Below are positions 36,601 through 51,800 of a stretch of DNA of 64,000 nucleotides, one piece after another. Positions within the stretch are counted from its first letter, which is position 1; each line of letters opens with the position of its first letter. The stretch lies in assembly GCA_964016885.1 (NCBI GenBank), contig OZ024742.1, positions 139,066,001-139,130,000 on the forward strand. Direction: 5' to 3'. Source of the DNA: Eledone cirrhosa. Its lineage: Eukaryota. Both the position numbers and the translations under genes were made by a program. The notes beneath the pieces were generated by a model. That model made no database searches, was not told the DNA's origin, and saw only the letters and a program-made list of their open reading frames with translations.

Positions 36601-39600
36601 GGCGGTACTTAGACAGTATTGGTGTGAGGGCAGTGTACTTCAATTGGCGTTACATAGACAGTATTGATATGACGGCAGTGTACTTCAACTGGCGTTACAT
36701 AGACAGTTTTGGTGTGAGGTAAGTGTGCTTCAAATGGCGTCACATAGATAGTATTGGTGTGACGGCAGTGTACATCAACTGGCGTTACATAGACAGTATT
36801 GGTGAGAGCGCAGTGTATTTCAACTGGTGTTACATAGACAGTATTGGTGTGAAGGTAGTGTACTTCAACTGGCGTTACATAGAGAGTATTGGTGTGAGGG
36901 CAGTGTACTTCAATTGGCGTTACATATACAGTATTGGTGAGAGGGCAGTGTACTTCAACTGTTGTTACATAGACATTATTGGTGTGACGGCAGTGTACTT
37001 CAACTGGTGTTACATAGACAGTACTGGTGTGACGGCAGTATACTTCAAATGGCGTTACATAGACAGTATTGGTGAGAGGGCAGTGTACTTCAACTATGTT
37101 ACATAGACAGTATTGGTGTGACGGCAGTGTACTTCAACTGGCGTTACATAGAGAGTATTGGTGTGAGGGCAGTGTACTTCAACTGGTGTTACATAGAAAA
37201 TATTGGTGTGACGGCAGTAAGCTTCAACTGGCGTTACATAGACAGTATTGTTGAGAGGGCAATGTACTTCAACTGGTGTTACATAGACAGTATTGGTGTG
37301 ACGGCAGTATACTTCAACTGGCGTTACATAGACAGTATTGGTGTGACGGCAGTGTACTTCAACTGGCATCACATAGACAGTATTTGTGTGACGGCAGTAT
37401 ACTTCAACTGGCGTTACATAGACAGTATTGGTGTGAGGGCAGTTTACTTCAACTGGCGTTACATAGACAGTATTGGCGTGACGGTAGTGTACTTCAACTG
37501 GCGTTACATAGACAGTATTGGTGTGACGGCAGTGTACTTCAACTGGCGTTACATAGACAGTAATGGTGAGAGGGCAGTGTACTTCAACTGGTGTTACATA
37601 GAGAGTATTGGTGTTACGGCAATCTACTTCCACTGGTGTTACATAGAGAGTATTGGTGTGACGGCAATGTACCTCAAATGTCGTTACATAAACAGTATTG
37701 GTGAGCGGGCAGTGTCCTTCAACTGGTGTTACATAGACAGTATTGGTGTGAGGGCAGTGTACTTCAATTGGCGTTACATAGAGAGTATTGGTGAGAGGGC
37801 AGTGTACTTCAACTGGTGTTACATAGACAGTATTGGTGTGACGGCAGTATACTTCAACTGGCGTTACATAGACAGTATTGGTGTGACGGCAGTGTACTTC
37901 AACTGGCATCACATAGACAGTATTTGTGTGACGGCAGTATACTTCAACTGGCGTTACATAGACAGTATTGGTGTGAGGGCACTGTACTTCAACTGGCGTT
38001 ACATAGACAGTATTGGCGTGACGGTAGTGTCCTTCAACTGGCGTTACATAGACAGTATTGGTGTTACGGCAATGTACTTCCACTGGTGTTACATAGACAG
38101 TATTTGTGTGACGACAGTATACTTCAACTGGCGTTACATAGACAGTATTGGTGTGAGGGCAGGGTACTTCAACTGGCGTTACATAGACAGTATTGGTGTG
38201 ACGGCAGTATAATTCAACTGGCGTTACATAGACAGTAATGGTGAGAGGGCAGTGTACTTCAACTGGTGTTACATAGAGAGTATTGGTGTGACGGCAGTGT
38301 ACTTCAAATGGCGTTACATAGACAGTATTGGTGTGAGGGCAATGTACTTCAACTGGTGTTACATAGACAGTATTGATGTGACGGCAGTGTACTTCAACTG
38401 GCGTTGCATAGACAGTATTAGTGTGAGGGAAGTGTGCTTCAAATGGGGTTACATAGACAGTATTGGTGTGAGGGCAGTGTACTTCAATTGGCGTTACATA
38501 GACAGTATTGATGTGACGGCAGTGTACTTCAACTGGCGTTACATAGAGAGTATTGGTGTGAGGGAAGTGAGCTTCAAATGGCATTAGATAGACAGTATTG
38601 GTGTGACGGCAGTGTACTTCAACTGTTGTCACATAGACTATATTGGTGAGACGACAGTATAATTGAACTGGCGTTACATAGACAGTATTGGTGTTACGGC
38701 ATTGTACTTCACCTGGCGTTACAGAGACAGTATTGGTGTGACGACAGTATACTTCAACTGGCGTTACATAGACAGTATTGGTGTGACGGCAGTGTACTTC
38801 AACTGGCATCACATAGACAGTATTTCTGTGACGGCAGTTTACTTCAACTGGCGTTACATAGACAGTATTGGTGTGAGGGCAGTGTACTTCAACTGGCGTT
38901 ACATAGACAGTATTTGTGTGACGGCAGTGTACTTCAACTGGCGTTACATAGACAGTATTGGTGTGATGCAGTGTAATTCAACTGCCGTCACATAGACAGT
39001 ATTTGTGTGACGGCAGTATACTTCAGCTGGCGTTACATAGACAGTATTGGTGTGACGGAAGTGTACTTCAACTGGCGTTACATAGACAGTATTTGTGTTA
39101 CGGCAATGTACTTCCACTTGTGTTACATAGACAGTATTGGTGTGACGGCAGTGTACTTCAACTGGCGTCACATAGACAGTATTGGTGTGAGGGCAATGTA
39201 CTTCAACTAGCGTTACATAGACAGTATTCATGTGACGGCTGTTTAGTTCAACTGGCGTTACATAGACAGTATTGGTGTGAGGGTAGTGTGCTTCAAATGG
39301 CGTTACATAGACAGTATTGTGTGAGGGCAGTGTACTTCAACTGGCGTTACTTAGACAGTATTGGTGTGAGGGCAGCGTACTTCAAATGGCGTTACATAGA
39401 CAGTATTGGTGTGACGGCTGTGTACTTCAACTGGCGTCACATAGACTATATTGGTGAGACGACAGTATACTTCAACTGGCGTTACATAAACAGTATTGGT
39501 GTGACGGAAGTGTACTTCAGCTGGCGTTACATAGACAGTATTGGTGAGAGGGCAGTGTATTTCAACTGGTGTTACATAGACAGTATTGGTGTGAAGGTAG

Positions 39601-42600
39601 TGTACTTCAACTGGCGTTACAGAGAGAGTATTGGTGTGAGGGCAGTGTACTACAATTGGCGTTACATAGACAGTATTGGTGAGAGGGCAGTGTACTTCAA
39701 CTGTTGTTACATAGACATTATTGGTGTGACGGCAGTGTACTTCAACTGGTGTTACATAGACTGTATTGGTGTGAGGGAAGTGTACTTCAAATGGCGTTAC
39801 ATAGACAGTATTGGTGTGACGGCAGTGTACTTCAACTGGCGTTACATAGACAGTATTGGTGTGACGGCAGTGTACTTCAACTGGCGTTACATAGACAGTA
39901 TTGGTGAGAGGGCAGTGTACTTCAACTGGTGTTACATAGACAGTATTGGTGTGACGGCAGTAAGCTTCAACTGGCGTTACATAGACAGTATTTGTGAGAG
40001 GGCAGTGTACATCAACTGGTGTTACATAGACAGTATTGGTGTGACGGCAGTATACTTCAACTGGCGTTACATAGACAGTATTGGTGTGACGGCAGTGTAC
40101 TTCAACTGGCATCACATAGACAGTATTTGTGTGACGGCAGTATACTTCAACTGGCGTTACATAGACAGTATTGGTGTGAGGGCACTGTACTTCAACTGGC
40201 GTTACATAGACAGTATTGGCGTGACGGTAGTGTCCTTCAACTGGCGTTACATAGAGAGTATTGGTGTGACGGCAGTGTACTTCAAATGGCGTTACATAAA
40301 CAGTATTGGTGAGCGGGCAGTGTACTTCAACTGGTGTTACATAGACAGTATTGGTGTGACGGCAGTGTAATTCAACTGGCGTTACATAGACAGTATTGGT
40401 GAGAGGGCAGTGTTCTTCAACTGGCGTTACATAGACAGTATTGGTGTAACTGCAGTGTACTTCAACTGGCATCACATAGACAGTATTTGTGTGACGACAG
40501 TATACTTCAACTGGCGTTACATAGACAGTATTGGTGTGAGGGCAGGGTACTTCAACTGGCGTTACATAGACAGTATTGGTGTGACGGCAGTATAATTCAA
40601 CTGGCGTTACATAGACAGTAATGGTGAGAGGGCAGTGTACTTCAACTGGTGTTACATAGAGAGTATTGGTGTGACGGCAGTGTAATTCAACTGGCGTTAC
40701 ATAGACAGTATTGGTGTGAGGGCAATGTACGTCAACTGGTGTTACATAGACAGTATTGATGTGACGGCAGTGTACTTCAACTGGCGTTACATAGACAGTA
40801 TTTGTGTGAGGGCAGTGTACTTCAATTGGCGTTACATAGACAGTATTGATGTGACGGCAGTGTACTTCAACTGGCGTTACATAGAGAGTCTTGGTGTGAG
40901 GGAAGTGTGCTTCAAATGGCGTTACATAGACAGTATTGGTGTGACGGCAGTGTACTTCAACTGTTGTCACATAGACTATATTGGTGAGACGACAGTATAA
41001 TTCAACTGGCGTCACATAGACAGTATTTGTGTGACGGCAGTATACTTCAAATGGCGTTACATAGACAGTATTAGTGTGACGGCAGTATACTTCAACTGGC
41101 GTTACATAAACAGTATTGGTGTGACGGTAGTGTACTTCAACTGCTGTTACATAGACAGTATTGGTGTGAGGGCAATGTACTTCAACTGGCGTAACATAGA
41201 CAGTATTGGTGTGAGGGCAGTGTGCTTCAAATAGCGTTACATAGACAGTATTGTCTGACGGCAGTGTACTTCAACTGGCGGTACTTAGACAGTATTGGTG
41301 TGAGGGCAGTGTACTTCAATTGGCGTTACATAGACAGTATTGATATGACGGCAGTGTACTTCAACTGGCGTTACATAGACAGTTTTGGTGTGAGGTAAGT
41401 GTGCTTCAAATGGCGTCACATAGATAGTATTGGTGTGACGGCAGTGTACATCAACTGGCGTTACATAGACAGTATTGGTGAGAGCGCAGTGTATTTCAAC
41501 TGGTGTTACATAGACAGTATTGGTGTGAAGGTAGTGTACTTCAACTGGCGTTACATAGAGAGTATTGGTGTGAGGGCAGTGTACTTCAATTGGCGTTACA
41601 TATACAGTATTGGTGAGAGGGCAGTGTACTTCAACTGTTGTTACATAGACATTATTGGTGTGACGGCAGTGTACTTCAACTGGTGTTACATAGACAGTAC
41701 TGGTGTGACGGCAGTATACTTCAAATGGCGTTACATAGACAGTATTGGTGAGAGGGCAGTGTACTTCAACTATGTTACATAGACAGTATTGGTGTGACGG
41801 CAGTGTACTTCAACTGGCGTTACATAGAGAGTATTGGTGTGAGGGCAGTGTACTTCAACTGGTGTTACATAGAAAATATTGGTGTGACGGCAGTAAGCTT
41901 CAACTGGCGTTACATAGACAGTATTGTTGAGAGGGCAATGTACTTCAACTGGTGTTACATAGACAGTATTGGTGTGACGGCAGTATACTTCAACTGGCGT
42001 TACATAGACAGTATTGGTGTGACGGCAGTGTACTTCAACTGGCATCACATAGACAGTATTTGTGTGACGGCAGTATACTTCAACTGGCGTTACATAGACA
42101 GTATTGGTGTGAGGGCAGTTTACTTCAACTGGCGTTACATAGACAGTATTGGCGTGACGGTAGTGTACTTCAACTGGCGTTACATAGACAGTATTGGTGT
42201 GACGGCAGTGTACTTCAACTGGCGTTACATAGACAGTAATGGTGAGAGGGCAGTGTACTTCAACTGGTGTTACATAGAGAGTATTGGTGTTACGGCAATC
42301 TACTTCCACTGGTGTTACATAGAGAGTATTGGTGTGACGGCAATGTACCTCAAATGTCGTTACATAAACAGTATTGGTGAGCGGGCAGTGTCCTTCAACT
42401 GGTGTTACATAGACAGTATTGGTGTGAGGGCAGTGTACTTCAATTGGCGTTACATAGAGAGTATTGGTGAGAGGGCAGTGTACTTCAACTGGTGTTACAT
42501 AGACAGTATTGGTGTGACGGCAGTATACTTCAACTGGCGTTACATAGACAGTATTGGTGTGACGGCAGTGTACTTCAACTGGCATCACATAGACAGTATT

Positions 42601-44640
42601 TGTGTGACGGCAGTATACTTCAACTGGCGTTACATAGACAGTATTGGTGTGAGGGCACTGTACTTCAACTGGCGTTACATAGACAGTATTGGCGTGACGG
42701 TAGTGTCCTTCAACTGGCGTTACATAGACAGTATTGGTGTTACGGCAATGTACTTCCACTGGTGTTACATAGACAGTATTTGTGTGACGACAGTATACTT
42801 CAACTGGCGTTACATAGACAGTATTGGTGTGAGGGCAGGGTACTTCAACTGGCGTTACATAGACAGTATTGGTGTGACGGCAGTATAATTCAACTGGCGT
42901 TACATAGACAGTAATGGTGAGAGGGCAGTGTACTTCAACTGGTGTTACATAGAGAGTATTGGTGTGACGGCAGTGTAATTCAACTGGCGTTACATAGACA
43001 GTATTGGTGTGAGGGCAATGTACTTCAACTGGTGTTACATAGACAGTATTGATGTGACGGCAGTGTACTTCAACTGGCGTTGCATAGACAGTATTAGTGT
43101 GAGGGAAGTGTGCTTCAAATGGGGTTACATAGACAGTATTGGTGTGAGGGCAGTGTACTTCAATTGGCGTTACATAGACAGTATTGATGTGACGGCAGTG
43201 TACTTCAACTGGCGTTACATAGAGAGTATTGGTGTGAGGGAAGTGAGCTTCAAATGGCATTAGATAGACAGTATTGGTGTGACGGCAGTGTACTTCAACT
43301 GTTGTCACATAGACTATATTGGTGAGACGACAGTATAATTGAACTGGCGTTACATAGACAGTATTGGTGTTACGGCATTGTACTTCACCTGGCGTTACAG
43401 AGACAGTATTGGTGTGACGACAGTATACTTCAACTGGCGTTACATAGACAGTATTGGTGTGACGGCAGTGTACTTCAACTGGCATCACATAGACAGTATT
43501 TCTGTGACGGCAGTTTACTTCAACTGGCGTTACATAGACAGTATTGGTGTGAGGGCAGTGTACTTCAACTGGCGTTACATAGACAGTATTTGTGTGACGG
43601 CAGTGTACTTCAACTGGCGTTACATAGACAGTATTGGTGTGATGCAGTGTAATTCAACTGCCGTCACATAGACAGTATTTGTGTGACGGCAGTATACTTC
43701 AGCTGGCGTTACATAGACAGTATTGGTGTGACGGAAGTGTACTTCAACTGGCGTTACATAGACAGTATTTGTGTTACGGCAATGTACTTCCACTTGTGTT
43801 ACATAGACAGTATTGGTGTGACGGCAGTGTACTTCAACTGGCGTCACATAGACAGTATTGGTGTGAGGGCAATGTACTTCAACTAGCGTTACATAGACAG
43901 TATTCATGTGACGGCTGTTTAGTTCAACTGGCGTTACATAGACAGTATTGGTGTGAGGGTAGTGTGCTTCAAATGGCGTTACATAGACAGTATTGTGTGA
44001 GGGCAGTGTACTTCAACTGGCGTTACTTAGACAGTATTGGTGTGAGGGCAGCGTACTTCAAATGGCGTTACATAGACAGTATTGGTGTGACGGCTGTGTA
44101 CTTCAACTGGCGTCACATAGACTATATTGGTGAGACGACAGTATACTTCAACTGGCGTTACATAAACAGTATTGGTGTGACGGAAGTGTACTTCAGCTGG
44201 CGTTACATAGACAGTATTGGTGAGAGGGCAGTGTATTTCAACTGGTGTTACATAGACAGTATTGGTGTGAAGGTAGTGTACTTCAACTGGCGTTACAGAG
44301 AGAGTATTGGTGTGAGGGCAGTGTACTACAATTGGCGTTACATAGACAGTATTGGTGAGAGGGCAGTGTACTTCAACTGTTGTTACATAGACATTATTGG
44401 TGTGACGGCAGTGTACTTCAACTGGTGTTACATAGACTGTATTGGTGTGAGGGAAGTGTACTTCAAATGGCGTTACATAGACAGTATTGGTGTGACGGCA
44501 GTGTACTTCAACTGGCGTTACATAGACAGTATTGGTGTGACGGCAGTGTACTTCAACTGGCGTTACATAGACAGTATTGGTGAGAGGGCAGTGTACTTCA
44601 ACTGGTGTTACATAGACAGTATTGGTGTGACGGCAGTGTA
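27650..44640. repeat. Higher-order repeat domain 1: 4676-bp unit (104 monomers minus 4 bp) with a 2743-bp partial unit (7419-bp super-period)
   Basis: The same 364-aa pseudo-ORF starts at 29699, 34375, 37118 and 41794 (offsets 4676, 2743, 4676). Matching pseudo-ORFs start at 31584, 39003 and 43679 (offsets 7419, 4676). Confidence 0.9.
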
Positions 44641-45829
44641 CTTCAACTGTCATCACATAGACAGTTATTTGTGTGACGGCAGTATACTTCAACTGGCGTT
44701 ACATAGACAGTATTGGTGTGATGCAGTGTAATTCAACTGGCGTCACATAGACAGTATTTGTGTGACGGCAGTATACTTCAACTGGCGTTACATAGACAGT
44801 ATTGGTGTGACGGCAGTTTACTTCAACTGGCGTTACATAAACAGTATTGGTGTGACGGTAGTGTACTTCAACTGGCGTTACATAGACAATATTGGCGTTA
44901 CGGCAATGTACTTCCACTTGTGTTACATAGACAGTATTGGTGTGACGGCAGTGTACTTCAACTGGCGTTACATAGACAGTATTCATGTGACGGCTGTGTA
45001 CTTCAACTGGCGTTACTTAGACAGTATTGGTGTGAGGGCAGTATATTTCAATTGGCGTTACATAGACAGTATTGATGTGACGGCAGTGTACTTCACCTGG
45101 CGTTACATAGACAGTATTGGTGTGAGGGAAGTGTGCTTCAAATGGCGTTACATAGACAGTATTGGTGTGACGACTGTGTACTTCAACTGGCGTCACATAG
45201 ACTATATTGGTGAGACGACAGTATACTTCAACTGGCGTTACATAAAGAGTATTGGTGTGACGGAAGTGTACTTCAGCTGGCGTTACATAGACAGTATTGG
45301 TGTGAGGTCAGTGTACATCAACTGGCGTTACATAGACAGTATTGGTGAGAGGGCAGTGTATTTCAACTGGTGTTACATAGACAGTATTGGTGTGAAGGTA
45401 GTGTACTTCAACTGGCGTTACATAGACAGTATTGGTGTGAGGGCAGTGTACTTCAATTGGCGTTACATAGACAGTAATGGTGAGAGGGCAATGTACTTCA
45501 ACTGTTGTTACATAGACATTATTGGTGTGACGGCAGTGTACTTCAACTGGTGTTACATAGACAGTATTGGTGTGAGGGAAGTGTACTTGAAGTGGCGTTA
45601 CATAGACAGTCTTGGTGTGACGGCAGTGTACTTCAACTGGCGTTACATAGACAGTATTGGTGTGACGGCAGTGTACTTCAACTGTCGTTACATAGACAGT
45701 ATTGGTGAGAGGGCAGTGTACTTCAACTGGTGTTACATAGACAGTATTGGTGTGACGGCAGTATACTTCAACTGGCGTTACATAGACAGTATTGTTGAGA
45801 GGGCAGTGTACTTCAACTATGTTACATAG

Positions 45830-48800
45830 ACAGTATTGGTGTGACCGCAGTGTACTTCAACTGGCGTTACATAGAGAGTATTTGTGTGAGGGCAGTGTAC
45901 TTCAATTGGCGTTACATAGACAGTATTGGTGAGAGGGCAGTGTACTTCAACTGGTGTTACATAGACAGTATTGGTGTGACGGCAGTATGCTTCTACTGGC
46001 GTTACATAGACAGTATTGGTGAGAGGGCAGTGTACTTCAACTGGTGTTACATATACAGTATTGGTGTGACGGCAGTGTACATCAACTGGCGTTACATAGA
46101 CAGTATTGGTGTGAGGGCAGTGTTCTTCAACTGGCGTTACATAGACAGTATTGATGTGACGGCAGTGTATTTCAACTGGGGTTACATAGACAGTATTGGT
46201 GTGAGGGCAGTGTGCTTCAAATGGCGTTACATAGACAGTATTGGTGTGACGGCAGTATACTTCAACTGGCGTTACATAGACAGTATTGGTGTGACGGCAG
46301 TATACTTCAACTGGCGTTACATAGACAGTATTGGTGTGAGGGCAATGTGCTTCAACTGGTGTTACATAGACAGTATTGATGTGACGGCAGTGTACTTCAA
46401 CTGGAGTTACATAGACAGTATTGGTGTGAGGGAAGTGTGCTTCAAATGGCGTTACATAGACAGTATTGGTGTGACGGCAGTGTACTTCAACTGTTGTCAC
46501 ATATACTATATTGGTGAGACGACAGTATAATTCAACTGATGTTACATAGACAGTATTGGTGTGACGGCAGTGTACTTCAACTGGCGTTACATAGACAGTA
46601 TTGATTTGACGGCAGTGTACTTCAACTGGCGTTACATAGACAGTATTGGTGAGACGACAGTATAATTCAACTGGCGTTACATAGACAGCATTGGTGTGAC
46701 GGCAGTGTACTTCAACTGGCATCACATAGACAGTATTTGTGTGACGGCAGTATACTTCAACTGGCGTTACATAGACAGTATTGGTGTTACTGCAATGTAC
46801 TTCCACTGGTGTTACATAGAGAGTATTGGTGTGACGGTAGTGTACTTCAACTGGCGTTACATAGACAGTATTGGTGAGAGGGCAGTGTATTTCAAGTGGT
46901 GTTACATAGACAGTATTGGTGAGAGGGCAGTGTACTTCAACTGTTGTTACATAGACATTATTGGTGTGACGGCAGTGTACTTCAACTGGTGTTACATAGA
47001 CAGTATTGGTGTGAGGGAAGTGTACTTGAAGTGGCATTACATAGACAGTATTGGTGTGACGGCAGTGTACTTCAACTGGCGTTACATAGACAGTATTGGT
47101 GTGACGGCAGTGTACTTCAACTGGCGTTACATAGACAGTATTGGTGAGAGGGCAGTGTACTTCAACTGGTGTTACATAGACAGTATTGTTGTGACGGCAG
47201 TATACTTCAACTGGGGTTACATAGACAGTATTGGTGTGACGGCAGTTTACTTCAACTGGCGTTACATAGACAGTATTGGTGAGAGGGCAGTGTACTTCAA
47301 CTGGCGTTACATAGACAGTATTGGTGTGAGGGCAGTGTTCTTCAACTGGCGTTACATAGACAGTATTGATGTGACGGCAGTGTATTTCAACTGGGGTTAC
47401 ATAGACAGTATTGGTGTGAGGGCAGTGTGCTTCAAATGGCGTTACATAGACAGTATTGGTGTGACAGCAGTATACTTCAACTGGCGTTACATAGACAGTA
47501 TTGGTGTGACGGCAGTATACTTCAACTGGCGTTACATAGACAGTATTGGTGTGACGGCAGTATACTTCAACTGGCGTTACATAGACAGAGTTGGTGTGAC
47601 GGCAGTGTAATTCAACTGGCGTTACATAGACAGTATTGGTGTGACGGCAGTGTACTTCAACTGGCGTCACATAGAGAGTATTGGTGTGAGGGCAGTGTAC
47701 TTCAACTGGCGTTACATAGACAGTATTGGTGAGAGGGCAGTGTACTTCAACTGGCGTTACATAGACGGTATTGGTGTGACGACAGTGTACTTCAACTGGC
47801 GTTACATAGACAGTATTGGTGTGAGGGCAGTGTGCTTCAAATGGCGTTACATAGACAGTATTGGTGTGACGGCAGTGTACTTCAACTGGCATTACATAGA
47901 CAGTATTGGTGTGACGGCAGTGTACTTCAACTGGCATCACATAGACAGTATTTGTGTGACGACAGTATACTTCAACTGGCGTTACATAGACAGTATTGGT
48001 ATGAGGGCAGTGTACTTCAACTGGCGTTACATAGATAGTATTGGTGTGACGGCATTATAATTCAAATGGCGTTACATAGACAGTATTGGTGAGAGGGCTG
48101 TGTACTTCAACTGGTGTTACATAGACAGTATTGGTGTGAGGGCAATGTGCTTCAACGGGTGTTACATAGACAGTATTGATGTGACGGCAGTGTACTTCAA
48201 CTGGCGTTACATAGACAGTATTTGTGTGAGGGAAGTGTGCTTCAAATGGTGTTACATAGACAGTATTGGTGTGACGGCAGTGTACTTCAACTGTTGTCAC
48301 ATAGACTATATTGGTGAGACGACAGTATAATTCAACTGATGTTACATAGACAGTATTGGTGTGACGGCAGTGTACTTCAACTGGCGTTACATAAACAGTA
48401 TTGATTTGACGGCAGTGTACTTCAACTGGCGTTATATAGACAGTATTGGTGTGACGACAGTGTACTTCAACTGGCGTTACATAGACAGTATTGGTGTGAC
48501 GGCAGTGTACGTCAACTGGCGTTACATAGACGGTATTGGTGTGACGGCAGTATACTTCAACTGGCGTTACATAGACAGTATTGGTGTGAGGGCAGTGTAC
48601 TTCAACTGGCGTTACATGGACAGTATTGGTGTGACGGCAGTGTACTTCAACTGGCGTTACATAGACAGTATTGGTGTGATGGCAGTGTAATTCAACTGGC
48701 GTCACGTAGACAGTATTTGTGTGACGGCAGTATACTTCAACTGGCGTTACATAGACAGTATTGGTGTGAAGGCAGTATACTTCAACTGGCATTACATAAA

Positions 48801-51800
48801 CAGTATTGGTATGACGGTAGTGTATTTCAACTGGCGTTATATAGACAGTATTGGTGTGAGGCAAGTGTACTTCAAATGGCGTTACATAGACAGTATTGGT
48901 GTGACGGCAGCGTACTTCAACTGGCGTTACATAGACAGTATTGGTGAGAGGGCAGTGTACTTCAACTGGTGTTACATAGACAGTATTGTTGTGACGGCAG
49001 TATACTTCAACTGGGGTTACATAGACAGTATTGGTGTGACGGCAGTTTACTTCAACTGGCGTTACATAGACAGTATTGGTGAGAGGGCAGTGTACTTCAA
49101 CTGGCGTTACATAGACAGTATTGGTGTGAGGGCAGTGTTCTTCAACTGGCGTTACATAGACAGTATTGATGTGACGGCAGTGTATTTCAACTGGGGTTAC
49201 ATAGACAGTATTGGTGTGAGGGCAGTGTGCTTCAAATGGCGTTACATAGACAGTATTGGTGTGACAGCAGTATACTTCAACTGGCGTTACATAGACAGTA
49301 TTGGTGTGACGGCAGTATACTTCAACTGGCGTTACATAGACAGTATTGGTGTGACGGCAGTATACTTCAACTGGCGTTACATAGACAGAGTTGGTGTGAC
49401 GGCAGTGTAATTCAACTGGCGTTACATAGACAGTATTGGTGTGACGGCAGTGTACTTCAACTGGCGTCACATAGAGAGTATTGGTGTGAGGGCAGTGTAC
49501 TTCAACTGGCGTTACATAGACAGTATTGGTGAGAGGGCAGTGTACTTCAACTGGCGTTACATAGACGGTATTGGTGTGACGACAGTGTACTTCAACTGGC
49601 GTTACATAGACAGTATTGGTGTGAGGGCAGTGTGCTTCAAATGGCGTTACATAGACAGTATTGGTGTGACGGCAGTGTACTTCAACTGGCATTACATAGA
49701 CAGTATTGGTGTGACGGCAGTGTACTTCAACTGGCATCACATAGACAGTATTTGTGTGACGACAGTATACTTCAACTGGCGTTACATAGACAGTATTGGT
49801 GTGAGGGCAGTGTACTTCAACTGGCGTTACATAGATAGTATTGGTGTGACGGCATTATAATTCAAATGGCGTTACATAGACAGTATTGGTGAGAGGGCAG
49901 TGTACTTCAACTGGTGTTACATAGACAGTATTGGTGTGAGGGCAATGTGCTTCAACGGGTGTTACATAGACAGTATTGATGTGACGGCAGTGTACTTCAA
50001 CTGGCGTTACATAGACAGTATTTGTGTGAGGGAAGTGTGCTTCAAATGGCGTTACATAGACAGTATTGGTGTGACGGCAGTGTACTTCAACTGTTGTCAC
50101 ATAGACTATATTGGTGAGACGACAGTATAATTCAACTGATGTTACATAGACAGTATTGGTGTGACGGCAGTGTACTTCAACTGGCGTTACATAAACAGTA
50201 TTGATTTGACGGCAGTGTACTTCAACTGGCGTTATATAGACAGTATTGGTGTGACGACAGTGTACTTCAACTGGCGTTACATAGACAGTATTGGTGTGAC
50301 GGCAGTGTACGTCAACTGGCGTTACATAGACGGTATTGGTGTGACGGCAGTATACTTCAACTGGCGTTACATAGACAGTATTGGTGTGAGGGCAGTGTAC
50401 TTCAACTGGCGTTACATGGACAGTATTGGTGTGACGGCAGTGTACTTCAACTGGCGTTACATAGACAGTATTGGTGTGATGGCAGTGTAATTAAACTGGC
50501 GTCACGTAGACAGTATTTGTGTGACGGCAGTATACTTCAACTGGCGTTACATAGACAGTATTGGTGTGAAGGCAGTATACTTCAACTGGCATTACATAAA
50601 CAGTATTGGTGTGACGGTAGTGTACTTCAACTGGCGTTATATAGACAGTATTGGTGTGAGGCAAGTGTACTTCAAATGGCGTTACATAGACAGTATTGGT
50701 GTGACGGCAGCGTACTTCAACTGGCGTTACATAGACAGTATTTGTGTGACGGCAGTATACTTCAACTGGCGTTACATAGACAGTATTGGTGTTACTGCAA
50801 TGTACTTCCACTGGTGTTACATAGAGAGAATTGGTGTGACGGTAGTGTACTTCAACTGGCGTTACATAGACAGTATTGGTGATACGGCAATGTACTTCCA
50901 CTTGTGTTACATAGACAGTATTGGTGTGACGGCAGTGTACTTCAACTGGCGTTACATAGACAGTATTGGTGTGAGGGCAATGTACTTCAACTGGCGTTAC
51001 ATAGAAAGTATTCATGTGACGGCTGTGTACTTCAACTGGCGTTACATAGACAGTATTGGTGTGAGGGCAGTGTGCTTCAAATGGCGTTACTTAGACAGTA
51101 TTCGTGTGAGGGCAGTATATTTCAATTGGCGTTACATAGACAGTATTGATGTGACGGCAGTGTACTTCAACTGGCGTTACATATACAGTATTCGTGTGAC
51201 GGCTGTGTACTTCAACTGGCGTCACATAGACTATATTGGTGAGACGACAGTATACTTCAACTGGCGTTACATAAACAGTATTGGTGTGACGGAAGTGTAC
51301 TTCAGCTGGCGTTACATAGACAGTATTGGTGTGACGGCAGTGTACATCAACTGGCGTTACATAGACAGTATTGGTGAGAGGGCAGTGTATTTCAACTGGT
51401 GTTACATAGACAGTATTGGTGAGAGGGCAGTGTACTTCAACTGTTGTTACATAGACATTATTGGTGTGACGGCAGTGTACTTCAACTGGTGTTACATAGA
51501 CAGTATTGGTGTGAGGGAAGTGTACTTGAAGTGGCATTACATAGACAGTATTGGTGTGACGGCAGTGTACTTCAACTGGCGTTACATAGACAGTATTGGT
51601 GTGACGGCAGTGTACTTCAACTGGCGTTACATAGACAGTATTGGTGAGAGGGCAGTGTACTTCAACTGGTGTTACATAGACAGTATTGTTGTGACGGCAG
51701 TATACTTCAACTGGGGTTACATAGACAGTATTGGTGTGACGGCAGTTTACTTCAACTGGCGTTACATAGACAGTATTGGTGAGAGGGCAGTGTACTTCAA

